NCBI GenBank assembly: GCA_000708835.1
Contig: DF237358.1
Span: 19,772-83,771 of the forward strand
Source: Klebsormidium nitens
Lineage: Eukaryota; Plantae; Klebsormidiophyceae
Length of the DNA stretch: 64,000 nucleotides
Direction of reading: 5' to 3'
Shown: positions 47,227-59,208 of the stretch, piece after piece
Layout: each line of letters opens with the position of its first letter
How positions within the stretch are numbered: the first letter of the stretch is position 1
Notes under the pieces: generated by a model
Database searches by the model: none
What the model was told of the DNA's origin: nothing
Seen by the model: the letters and a program-made list of their open reading frames with translations, nothing else
Translations under genes and position numbers: made by a program

Positions 47227-49116
47227 TCAAGGAAGAGTATACGCGCTGAAAAAGTTGTAAGTGGCTTGATACGGCACACTCCACGGACGCAGGGTCTGCG
47301 TTGGGAAAGCAAAGACCGGGCAGGGAGCATTGGGTGGTAGCATGCCCCCCGAAATGTCGCTCGTTGTGGCAAATCTGACGGTGGCGAAAGCGCCAGTTCC
47401 CGTGGCTGACGAGTATGTTTGCATGAGCGAGCCATAGCCACCTGCACCGGTTTTAGCTTTGGTGCATTAGCTTTCTTTTCACTGCTTCTTATTATCAATC
47501 TAATCTCGTCATGTTTGGGGTTTACGCGTTTGTTTACGAGTGAACGTAGCATAAGCTTAGGACAGCAGGCGAATCAAGGAATTGATCAGAACAGGATTTG
47601 AAAGATCATTCTCACGTTCGAGTCTAGATGTCAATGGTCAAGCTAAAAAGCTAGCAGAGGTCGAAGGAGCCCACATCGAGATTATGGTGCTCTTCGAAGG
47701 ATTTCAGCCTCGAGGAACTGCAAAGACTGCATGTAGCAACTACTGGTCTCAGTATGCAGAGAACAGCAGACAGCTAATGTGTGCGCATTGGCGTCAGAAA
47801 CTCGCGGGAATGGTTGAGAGAAGGCTAGCTTACCGTCCCTAGGAATGCTTGTCGGTGACGGAAAGGTTCGGGACGTTGACATATCAATTGTCACGGAGCC
47901 ATTGCTCAGATCGAAAATGGACAAACGCTGTCCCTGGAGCGACACAACATTGGAAAGGTTCCCAAGGACGGCGCCATTGGCCACGCTATAGAGGGTGGCA
48001 GAAAGCGTCCCGTTGTCAAAAAGGGCGTCTGCACGTGGGAAAGGAGGTTAAGAAATTCTTGTTCTGGTGACCAGGCACATGGCACGAGCAACTCTTACTG
48101 GGAAGCACTGGCAGCGCCCCATCTTTCATGGTCTGTACTAGTTGTGGTACTGCCTCAATTTAGAGATTTTCAGGAACTGCAGCTTAGCAAGGGCTGGCTA
48201 CTTAAACGGACAGATCAACTCTGTGTATGATCACAACGAAAAATACAGGACAAGTCATTCTGGGGTTTCTTTCGTAATGCACTGCCCTGTCAGCAGCATG
48301 ATCAGTAAAACGATTGAACAGTCCCTCAGGAGTCCAACGCACGCGTCAAGCCAAGGCAGTGGCAAATCAGACTGGGGACATGCATGCTACCATCACTAGG
48401 TTGCCGAATGTGCAAGATTGTCTGCGCAGCCAAAAGCTGGAGCTTTTGTTTGCTTTTGCTAACGCACTCGGCAAGACAGTGCAGAGCTCAACTACTGCAC
48501 GGAATCTGGACGACAGATAGGTTAGAGACCGGGCACACTTACTGGAAGCGTTGCAGGTGTACTCCGCGCTCCCCAGGGCAAAGGCGGACAGTACAACCAC
48601 GTCACCAGGCTTTGGTGCAAGGGAAACCAGCAACGGCTGAGGGGTGGCAACCGGCAGAGTGCCCACTGGCAGAGTCGCGAGGGGCGCAGAAGGAGTCAGG
48701 GCCGGGGGAGAAGACGTTGACACCGGAGTGATGCTCGAGCGATACTCGCAGAACACCACAAAGTCGCAATCACTGTCGATGATGACGCTGAACACGCGGG
48801 AGGCTGCGTTACACGCGCTGGGACTGCTGGCGGCCGCACAGGTCTCAGACTTGGTCTCATCGGTGCAGTAAGGGGACGCGGCCACGTTGCACAGGTACTG
48901 CTTGAGCAGGGGGTTTGCGTTGCAGAAGTCGTCGTTGCCTGAGCCCCTGAAGTACCACCCCGAAGCAGGTAGCAGGTTGAGCTTGTACTCATAGTTGTTG
49001 GTTGCGCAGATGTTGGATGAGAGACGCACCGCCAGGGTTGGCTTCAGAGATGAGAGGGCAATGAGGGCCAGCAGCGGCAGCAAGAGGCCCGACCGGGCAG
49101 CTTGCAGGGGAGCCAT
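47227..49116 (-). CDS. Secreted 327-aa protein: signal peptide + unrecognised 8-Cys domain + Pro/Thr linker + DUF3455-like domain
   Basis: Exons 49116-48543 (574 nt), 48028-47834 (195 nt), 47441-47227 (215 nt) join in frame (984 nt). Signal MAPLQAARSGLLLPLLALIALSSLKPTLA. The C-terminal part follows the DUF3455 pattern as I recall it: PGDVVVLSAFALGSAEYTC...NGSV...GTGAFATV..SGGMLPP..C...VPYQATYNFF. The family call is from memory, not an HMM search. Confidence 0.75.
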
Positions 49117-51755
49117 TGTTGTAGGGGGCAGACTTGTAACCTTGGAAGGAGGATGCGACCGCCGATGGAAAATTCCCAACCTGAAGTCTAGTTTTGAAAG
49201 CGAGACCACTGTGACTGTTCTTCGCAAAGAAAATTTGCTGCTCGCGACCTTTTGGAAGCGATTTTACCTCCAGCTTGTCAATCAGAGCGAGTTCTGCATC
49301 GCGAGCTGCAGTGGCCAGCTTTGCAGCTATAATGATACGAAATTGAGACAACCACCAAAGTCTACGCCGGCCTGGCCTCGATGGCAAGGGGCATCCCACG
49401 GGCATCCCTTGGATTGGGGGAGTTCTCACTTCAAAGGCTCTGCCGTTCTTGCGCTCAAAAAGTGAAAGGCTGCCAGTTGTCTGGCTGTACGTATACGCCA
49501 GAGAAGCTGGCGTCATCCTGCACCCCGGACGTAGCAACTATACGGTACCGGGCCCCGGCTCCGACATGACAACAAACTGCAATGTGCCGACATTCTTTTC
49601 AGACTTTGGGCGCTCCCTAGCTAGTTTTAACGTTTCTCTTGAACTTTCGCCAACTGGCAATCGCTCAAGTTGTGCATTTTCAATCATCAGTATTGCGCAC
49701 TGCGCAGTGCAAATCATTCGATTAATATCCGAGTCAGCTTATTCATATGGCGATTCTATCGTAGCCGTTTGGAAGACCAAAATCCCCTTTGCCAATCATT
49801 GGAATGGAGTTGAGCGGAGAGCTGACAGGGGGAATGCACAATTTGCGCAGGGCGGGCGGTCATATGCACTATAAGTTATCCGCGTCAAGTGATCCCAAAG
49901 AAGTACGGTTGTAGGTACCGTCTGGTAGTGCTGACCCCCTGCTCACCAATTCTCATTACGTACAAGCTGGGTACATTTTGAGATTGCGCATGCAGTGCGG
50001 TACCATCGAAATTAGGGGGCCTGCCATACCGTACCTATTGTACCGTACCTGAAAGTACCGGTACCAACGGCAACAACCAAATATTCCTCGACTTGCCCAA
50101 AATCCTGAATGCATGATAGCATGATTCCGATTTCGAACTTGCACATGAATTTGCCCCGTAGTAAAACCAGGGACCGTGAATATATATCGTGAAACTTGGC
50201 TCTTGCGTACTTGTGAGAAAATTTCGGTAGAGGTTTCATCAACAGCCTCGGCCCTCGAATCTGCTCCAGGAAGGTGCAATGTACGGTACATAGTGTACCA
50301 AGAAGGAGTGTACAGGATGTGCCAATCATTAGCTCCGGAAAGATCGGGGAATTTCCAGGGTCTGACCGGTACGTGAGCACTGAGCAATGACAGTGAGCAG
50401 TGAGCACTGCATGAGGGATTGCACAAATAGCTGCAAGAGGGATTGCCCAACACACAGCTGACAGCCTGACATGGGCATCCTGTTGCATGTGAACTGAGCA
50501 AGTGCGCATGTCAAACAGCATCTAGGCAGAGTCTAGCTGGACCGTGTGCGTTCGCCAGGGCCCAGCTGGCACTTCGGAGAACGTCCTTGCCAAGGCCCCA
50601 ACTTGCTAATAAAGGACCGACTACAGCGCTGTAAGAGTTCCAACAATTATTTAAACTTACAACCTACGGTCTACCGAGTCACCAAATGTGTGTACCTTGT
50701 ATATGTGTGCCGCTGTGTTCTCACGGTCTCGACATACGGCCGGTACTCCGGCATCGTACCCAGTTCAAACCCCACCGTGTAGGACGGTGTGACTCTGCCA
50801 TGGTCCGCCGAGTGCCAGCTGGCGCAACCTCATGTCCAGAGCAGGCCGGAGAACAACAAACAGAAAGGAAGCACCGTGCACACGCACGTGCAACTGAGCA
50901 GAAAGCCCTCGTAGTCTTCAAGGTACTGTGATTGGCTGAGCCTGGAGCATATCAGGCTTGATGGAAGAAATTAAAGGGTGCGTCTGTAACCCCCGGGCGC
51001 CGGGCCCCGGGGCCCTACTGGCCTGGTGTACGTCAGAGGTTGGAGGTACGTCGATCCTGAGTGCAAGGTACCCTAAAGTAACGTCATGGAGCTAGCGCTA
51101 GTTCTTGATTACCGAGGGATTGCGGTCCGCGGAGCTTGATCAAGGATCGGAAGGCTAATTAAGCTCAATCGCGGCCAGGACTTGAGAGCGCTTGCTTGAG
51201 TTTAACTTTATCGAGCAGGCTGCTGAGGACCCCCTGAGGACTTCAAGCAGCACATTTTTTGCGCCCGTCATTGGGACTTGTAACATTGTGAAAGCTTAAG
51301 CAGTCTGCTGCGCGCCGTCTGTAAACCTCTCTGCTTACCGCGCCTTGCTGCCATTCAGGCTGCGCTCAAAAATGGCTCCCCTGCCAGCAGTTATGCTGTC
51401 GCGCTTCTTGCTGCTGCTGGCCCTCACTGCCCTCTCATCTCTGAAACCGACCCTGGGAGTGCGTCTCTCATCCAACATCTGCGCAACCAATAACTATGAG
51501 TATAAGATCAGCCTGCTGCCTGCTTCGGGTTGGTATTACAGGGGCTCAGGCAACGATGACTTCTGCAACGCAAACCCCCTGCTCAAGCAGTACCTGTGCA
51601 ACGTGGCCGCTTCTCCTTATTGCACTGACGAGACCATAGCTCAAACCTGCGCAACCGCCACCAATCCCAGCGCTTGTAATGCAGCCTCCCGCGTGTTCAG
51701 CGTCATCATCGACAGCGATTGCGACTTTGTGGTGTTTTGCGAGTATCGCTCGAGC
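48733..51755. repeat. Inverted duplication: signal peptide and 297-nt 8-Cys domain at 49116-48733 (-) and 51372-51755 (+)
   Basis: The 99-aa domains are identical at 90 of 99 residues; the signal peptides share LALxALSSLKPTL. Confidence 0.95.
49903..50372. promoter_or_regulatory. Dense GTAC cluster in the region between the divergent secreted-protein and RLK genes (candidate SBP/SPL-type binding sites)
   Basis: 16 GTAC in about 470 bp (49903, 49915, 49960, 49971, 50000, 50031, 50040, 50045, 50055, 50061, 50207, 50281, 50286, 50295, 50310, 50369) versus about 2 expected at uniform base composition; four are CCGTAC/GTACGG. A regulatory role is inferred. Confidence 0.35.
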
Positions 51756-54700
51756 CTCACCACGGTCGCAACTCCCTCGCCACCTGCCCCTGTCACCCCG
51801 GTTCCCCCTACTCCAGTAACAACTCCCAGTCCTCCTTCTCCGGTCACCTCCAACCCGCCAACGTCCCCTTCAGGAGTAACGACACCTCCCAGCCCACCAG
51901 CTCCGACTTCTCCATCACCAAATGTTACCAATGGCTCCAGCGGTGGATCCAGCATTGGTATTATTGTAGGGTGCGTGGTTGGTGCTATAGTTGTTATTGC
52001 TGCAGTCATCAGCATTGCCCTCTGCTGCTTCTTCAAAAGCAGGAGGCAGCAGAAAGGAGCTGGCAGCAACCTCCCAACCCATCATGACGCATACAAGGAT
52101 GCTGCGGCGCCGTACTACCCTGCAGCTCCAACCAAACTGCCTGGTAAGCTCTTCCACAATTAGGGTCCCAGCTGACCCGCACTGGCAGATGCCGTGGTAG
52201 ACAGATGTTCATGACCCTGGCCCTGCTGCTGCGATTTTAAATTACTGCATTCGCCACCTTTCTGATTCCGATTTTGCAACGTTGTTTCTCCTCAGGCTGA
52301 CTCTTAAAAGCGCAGAAGCTGGTTGTCCTGTCATCATGATTGTCCTCTGGATCAGCAATGAGCAGCTCAGCTTACCCTCGGTAGCTCCCTAGGGTAATCA
52401 ATGCATGGTAGCAGGCAGTCTTTGAAAACGAAAAAGGGTCTTGAGTCTTGTCACACTGTGGGCTTCAAAAGAGATTTGGTCCCGGCGTGGTGTTGTCTTG
52501 CCAATGACCCTGTCCCCCAGGCCCGACCACAGTTTTTCACCTCTTTGGTTGTGTGTGCCTGTGCCAATTCAACACGTTATTTCAGCAGAGAATCAAGATT
52601 CTGCACGCACCTCTCATAGGTGCTTTTGTTTTTCTTTTCTTCGAACTAACTGGACAGACATGCAAGCAGAAACTCGAAGCAGGGGTATCCAGGTTGTCTC
52701 TACTTTGCTGTTATCATATACCTTCTGCGCCCTCAGACGTCTTATCTTCTTCTTGCCAGGATACGCTAATCCTCAGGCTGGAGCGCTCCCACCAACATCA
52801 GGTGAAAGCGGTTTGTCCTTTGCAACCCCTGCCGGAGATGGCACAAGCAAGGTCTACCCTTATGAGGAGTTGCTCCACTCAACGAACGGGTTCAGTGTCT
52901 CCAACCTGCTCGGCCAAGGAGGCTTCTCAAAGGGTAAGGATAACTTCATCTCATCTGGCAGACGTGTACATTGAGAGGTTCCCTAACACTCTCCGTCAAT
53001 GATGATGAACCTTGATCATGGTATATAAACAAGGATTGAGTATGTCCGCTTCCAAATCTTGGGAAGACATGATGTTCAGCATCTGTTCCTTTGCATGCTT
53101 TTGGCAGTCACAATGTCGAAGTGCGAATGGCATCCAGCTTAAAGTGGTAGCTTGCAGCGCTGACAGCCCCAGCATTCTTTTCAACGCACAATGAAGCCTA
53201 ACATGCACTTTTCGCCACTTTGACAAGTTTCCAGCCCTGACATACACGTTTGCACATCATTGGAACGCGCCATGATATGCTTCTTGTTTCACTTTCGTGC
53301 TGGATAGTTGCTGCCTAAAGCTCATCATAAGGATTGTTGCTGCCTGATCAGCTGGCTCTCCAAATCTCCAAATTCGAAAGCTGCTCTGGTTCAAACGCTT
53401 TTGATACTGCTGTTAGCATCCAACGAAACAACTTGAAGGTTCCGATAATGAGCAAGCTGCAAGCTGTTAACACCAGCCAGTCTGTGAAAGAGAGAAGACC
53501 GATCAGTTGGTATAACTGACAGGCCACGGCCCGTCATTTCTTTGCAGTTTACAGAGGGATGCAAGCGGATGGCACGGCCATTGCGGTGAAGGTCCTGCAA
53601 TCTGACCCTGTAAATGTAAGCTAGCAACTTTTCACCTTCAGCCTTCCTCTAATCGCAGGTATAGAACTGAGCTCTTCTCTGGTAAGATCTAGCTCCTCAC
53701 AAAGATAATCCTTGAACTTCTTCTGTGTTCCTAAATGATTTTCAAGCTAGGTTTGAGTTATAATCAGACCCTACACAGCTACTTGGAAGGTCACGGTGTG
53801 TTAACATCTTCAGAATTCTAGTCTCACAAAAGTCAAAAGTAAAGACCAGTCACATACTGGCAGGTGCCAGGCCTGTACACGGTGAGCTCGAGTTGCAACT
53901 TCAATACCCCTTTCAGCGGCGAAAGTCACAGGTGTTCGGTAATTACTTGTCCAAAAACTTTGTTTGCAATCCCGATTACAATGACGGCAGTCACCCTTTG
54001 AGCTCATCCAAAGTTGAGATCAACTTGAAGCACCTGTGATTAAAGATGAAAATGCCTTATTGATGCAGGGGCCCAACAACGAGAGCTTCTACTCCGAGAT
54101 GGCTATCATGAGCCGTTTGCGTCACAAGTACCTGGTGTCCATGCTTGGATACGCGGCTGCAGGCACAGAACGGATCATTGTGCTCGAGTTCTGCAAGGGG
54201 GGCACTCTGTTCCAAGCGCTCCATGGTAAGAGTTGCTGCTGCTGCTTTGTTCCCACACAACTCATTCTGGAAAAGTGAAATTGACAATCAGGATCTTATA
54301 AGAGGAGCAAGGAGTTAGATAGACTGCTAATGCCTACTCCGTTCCGCTTGTATATGCCCGGCCCTTCCTTCTCTCGTATCGCCCGCAGGTATTTGGCTTA
54401 CGTTCGTTCTGTTTCCTCCTGCAGGCCCTGACAGGCTGGACTGGAACAAGCGCCTCCGCACAGCGCTCTACGTTACGATTGGCTTGGAGTATCTGCACGA
54501 CGGCGTAGAACCGCCTATTCTGCATAGGTAAGACAATATGATCTCAAATTTTGGGTTTGCTTCTAAATGCATTAATGCTATTCTTGATTCCTATGTCGGA
54601 AGAACGAAGGAGGAAGAGAAGTGCCTAATGAGAACTTCGAAACTTTGATGCAAGGCCGCCTAAGCTTTGTCTGCATGCGCCAGAATCGAGTTTGGGTGCG

Positions 54701-57700
54701 TGTCTTCAGGTCGAGCCACTCGGGATATTTTATAAAGCAGATATGAGCGTCGGTTGAGCTTCGCGTCCTCATAAGAGTCGTCTACGGGCGAGCCAGTCCT
54801 TGTTTCTCTCTGATCCATTTTGAGGTAGGCAAGCCAGCGAGGTTGCCAACTTTTGAATCAAACGGTCTGGAATTATCGAGATACCTCCTCGTACCAGTGT
54901 TGGTCGATGGACAATAATCCTCTCGTTTTGAGATATCCAACTCTTGGAGCCTAGCTACTACTTCTCGTCTTACTTCAGGCAAGGCCCATACACAGCTGAT
55001 GTGCGCAGTGCGGCAGGGATTAAACTGTTCAAGTCTTTTCAGTATTCGATGTGCACGTTCAGCTGGAAAGAGTCGATCCATTTGTCTCTATGCAACGTCA
55101 ACCCCGTCACAGCAGGAATAAGTCGGAGTGTAGTCTCCATAATTCCTGGAAGTACCTGACAGTATATATATACTCCCCTTGAATCCATTTCAGGGACATC
55201 AAGAGCGCGAACGTCCTCTTTGCTGATGAGAACAGACTTGCTGCCAAGGTAAAATTGCTGTTGGCATCGCTGGTTTGGTATCTATTGAGGTTAGCAATGC
55301 AAGCGGTCCGGTTTTTGCGGGTGCAAGTTGATGCACGCGCGAGCATGAAGCACTCTTAATACTGATTGCTAGGTCTTCCACTTCGATTTGCGCTCTCTCT
55401 TCCAATTCCTGGCAACTTTTCAACTTTTGTCCGACCGTTCTTGTCAAGCCAGGCAATGAGTTTGTGAACGGGTTGCGTCTAAATAAAGTTCTTTGTGACG
55501 GTCTTTTCTAAGGATTATGCACTGCCAGGCCTTCTGGTCATTGTCCGTGACGCTCCACCTGCAATCAAACACAGTCGGACGTCATCCACTTGACTGGCAA
55601 CAGGCACTGATTATTTCCGATCTCGACTAGCTTTACCTACTCGAGCGCATCGTTTGAGTACACGAATGACGTAGCTAACAAGCTTAATTTGACTGCTTCC
55701 TTGTAGCTGAGCGACTTTGGCGTGGCCAGGTTCGAGGATGGCCCGGGCGCCGTATCAGCTCGGACTCGCGTCTTGGGAACCCGAGGCAAGGGCTCTCTAA
55801 CTTAGAATTTCTACGCCCCTCAGCGCGCGTAAATTAGAATCTTGCGGAACCGAGAACTTGAATATCCTGATTCTCGACAAAGTTCGCTTCGCTCTGGGCC
55901 CTTGAAGGTTTAGGAAAGGCGGGTCCTCCTTAAAGGTAGCGCGTGTGAATGACGGAGTGAGAGCTGGTTTCTACCTTGTTGAATTGGCCAGTTGAACCAG
56001 CCCAACGAATATTGTGTCAGCGTCTGATCAAAGAGGGCTGGCAGCTGGGTTTTGAGGCGCCTTCCTTAACCCACTGCCGCGGTGCCAGTATGTAGGGTCA
56101 AAGCTGCGCAACGGCTGCCTGGTTCGGCGTGGCGCAACCTCGTTGATTTTTTTTTGAATGCCCGTCGGTGACATTCCATTCGTACGTACATAGGTTCTCA
56201 GTCAATGCTTCGGGCTGGGCTTACGTCAAGAGTTATGCCTTTCCGGTGTCCTTACAGCATTCCGCTACTTGAAGTAAGGGTGCGCGTCGAACAAAAAGCT
56301 GCAAAAGGATTTTCAGATTTTGTAGCCAATCGAATGGCTTGGTCGATCCATGCACGTGGTGAACCGAGGTACATACCAGAACAGTGCTCTGGCCTGAAAG
56401 GTACCGTACCTCCTACCTGCCGGTACTGACAGGCAACACTGGAGGCCAAGTAGGTCTTCGGTCGACGCGCAACCTAAATGCATTATGTTCTCATTCTGCT
56501 TGCAGGCTATGTCGCGCTTGAATACCTTCAGTCTGGACAGGTGAGGTCAGGTCCGTCCATGTGCTTGAAGTTCTCGTTCCTCGCTTCTTAGTGGGGATCC
56601 AGTCGTTGCATGCAGAAGAAGTATTAAGGTTGATCCCAGTCGTCTGGCCAACTCACAGTCTAGCAGCTGCTAGAGGATCGTTCATCCAGAGCCTGATCAG
56701 GGATAAAAACTTACTAGGTCATGCGTCGTAGTCCTCAAAGCTATTTTGCGTGGAGATTCTCCTCTGGTTCCCATGTTTTGCTACGGTTGAAGGTTTGCAA
56801 GAAGTTTCCGCTTCGACCCTCAGGTTAGCAAGTACACCGACATCTACAGCCTTGGCGTGCTTCTGTCCGAGCTGGTTACTGGCCGTCCGTGCACCTTCCA
56901 AATGGGGAATGATCAAGTTGCCCTGCGTGACTGGGTGAGTTACACTGGCAGATCGTAGGGTCTGGCAGAACACGCCTTCATGGTTTTTTCACTTTTCCAG
57001 TGCGTCTTCCAGTTGGATGAGAATATACGCACGGACTCGCCATGCGCATCCTTCGAACGTTTTCGCCTGCAGTGGCGAATTGAAGCGGCTGTTCAAATTG
57101 GCTTTTTCCCCAATCGGCTTCTGTACAGATCTTTAGGATCTTTCATTTCTATTGAATCGGTATGGTGTTTCCGAAACGTGCGAGACACACGGTCTTCTTG
57201 GTTTGAGCTTCGTCCGTTTCAAAAACAGTAAACGTTGGATTGTATGAAAATGAGATCACAGCAGCTCCACACAAAAACTGTCCATTCTTGGTCCTAGACT
57301 TCTTTTAGATTCCCGTCTCTTTCTCACCCACTCTTTTGTCGTTCTCGAACTTGAACGAGCGTCACGTCCCAGGAGAGCTTTTCAGAATGGCCGGATTAGA
57401 AACAGCCCTTGTTTTCCGTTTGCTACGCTTTGTTGCTCGGTTTCCGGTCTACCCAACCACCTTGAAAGACTAGCGGACCCCGGGCACGCAATATACGCTA
57501 GCTGATCAAGTCCCTTTTCTAGCTCGCAGACCGGCAACTATATCAATTATAAGAGGTTTTCACAATCAAAAACTTTACAAAACTCACGATTCCTGCCGAA
57601 AGAATCTGGTTTGACACTTTTGAGTTGCCCAGCGCTTTTGAAAAGCCAACGCACTCATCTGAGCAAGACTGGTATACGTTCACTTTGTGCACGCAAACCT

Positions 57701-59208
57701 TCACTGGCAGGTACCACGAATGCGTAGCGCTATTGACTCAGGCTGAAGTGCTGAAAAGGCTTGTCGCATCCGAGTCATATTGGTAGGATTGCATTTTTCA
57801 AAAAAGCGGAACAGTCCTCGGCCAGAGATGAATAACGCCTCCCCAAGCACGGTGACCTCCAGATGAGACTAGTTAGTGGTGGTTTAGCACCCTTGAAATG
57901 GCAGAGTGGGTTGAGAGCAAAACCGTGCTTTATGTGCAGGTCGTTGAAAACAGGAACCAGCCCTTGACTCTAATGGATCCTGCGCTAGGGGGTAACTTCC
58001 ATCCTCAGCAGGCCATCGGACTCATTCAGCTGGCCGTTGAGTGCATGAACCAGAACGAACCCAAGGCTCGTCCTCTGGCTGCCCAAGTGCGTGTCGTTCT
58101 ATCCTTTTATTCTTCCGTTCTTCTGCTAGCTCGTCCTCCTGTTCGGGCGTTTTCCCGTTCTTCTTCTCATTGTACGTCACGTTCTCAGGGAGTTGGTCAG
58201 TCGAAGTACATCACCTTGTCAATTCACTTACGGAGAATGGCCGATTTGAAACATTTTGACTTTGGCAGGGGGCCTGCAGACACGTCATCTGCCAGTGGAT
58301 CAGATTTCATGCAATCTAGGCAACTAGCAGGCCCCAGAACGAAGCAACCAGAATTTCGAGGTCTTTATAATTCAGTAGCTGATGTGAAGCTCGTGGTATG
58401 CATTTGATTCTTCTTGTCATTTTCCACCTGTCAGTGGGGGCGTTTTAAAGTCTTGCCTACACATTCGACAAGCGACAAGTGCTTAAAGCAGGTCTCAACG
58501 TCCTTATATTTCCGAATTTCAAGGGATGCTTGGAACTTCGTCAGGTGATAAAGCTTCGATCCTCCTTTTGCACATCCGGGGAGCGTTGCTGACAACACAC
58601 TTTATTGGAGCTTCAGTTACGTTTCAGCAGACTGTCAGAATGTCAACCTTATAAATTTTGCGAACCCTTCCATTATACATTTCATCTCTTCCTTCGGATA
58701 CGCGGAAAGCGTCAAAACTGCATGAACAAGGGGGGCTGCTCCTGCTAAACCTAGGATTTAATCTGAAGTGGACCCGTAGAACTAACTGCCTTTGAAAACG
58801 AACGGCACAAACCAAGACTCTTGTTACCTCCGCTTACGGAAAGAAGTCTACCGTCTCTCTTTCGATCGTTAGTCGGATCTGGCACACGAGCCAACTCACG
58901 CATGTACCTTTCCCTGTCCTCCGCAGGTCCACCAGCGCATCGAGCAGTTGATCGGCATCACGGCCGGATCGCCGCCGTCCGCAGAACAGGTCTTCGTCCC
59001 CCCTAGCGGCGGCCTCGAGAACAACTACAGACCCGCCGTCGTGACAAATTCGCTGACGGGCTCGGAGGGGTCCTATGGCGCCCCTTCCATTTCGGGAGGC
59101 TCCAGTATTGTCGGCGATGCCATGAATGGGTTTCGGAGCGGCGGGCCGGAGCCCCCGAAGAACATGACGATGTTGCAGAATTTCACCAACATCCAAACGG
59201 GACGTTAA
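51372..59208 (+). CDS. Receptor-like Ser/Thr kinase (RLK/Pelle): signal peptide, 8-Cys ectodomain, Pro/Thr/Ser stalk, TM helix, RD kinase
   Basis: Exons 51372-52143, 52760-52933, 53548-53609/53615, 54069-54225, 54425-54527, 55194-55248, 55707-55785 (GC donor), 56506-56540, 56824-56934, 57940-58086, 58927-59208. TM IGIIVGCVVGAIVVIAAVISIALCCFF (about 51954-52034) then [122 protein letters not shown]. Confidence 0.93.

Noticed and set aside
49449-50521. ORFs of 141-181 aa between the divergent genes
   Set aside because: No recognisable motifs or coherent splice structure; they overlap each other in several frames, and their Tyr richness follows from the GTAC cluster.
51002-51015. Perfect 14-bp palindrome gggccccggggccc upstream of the RLK
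   Set aside because: Single low-complexity GC palindrome with no partner or target-site duplication.
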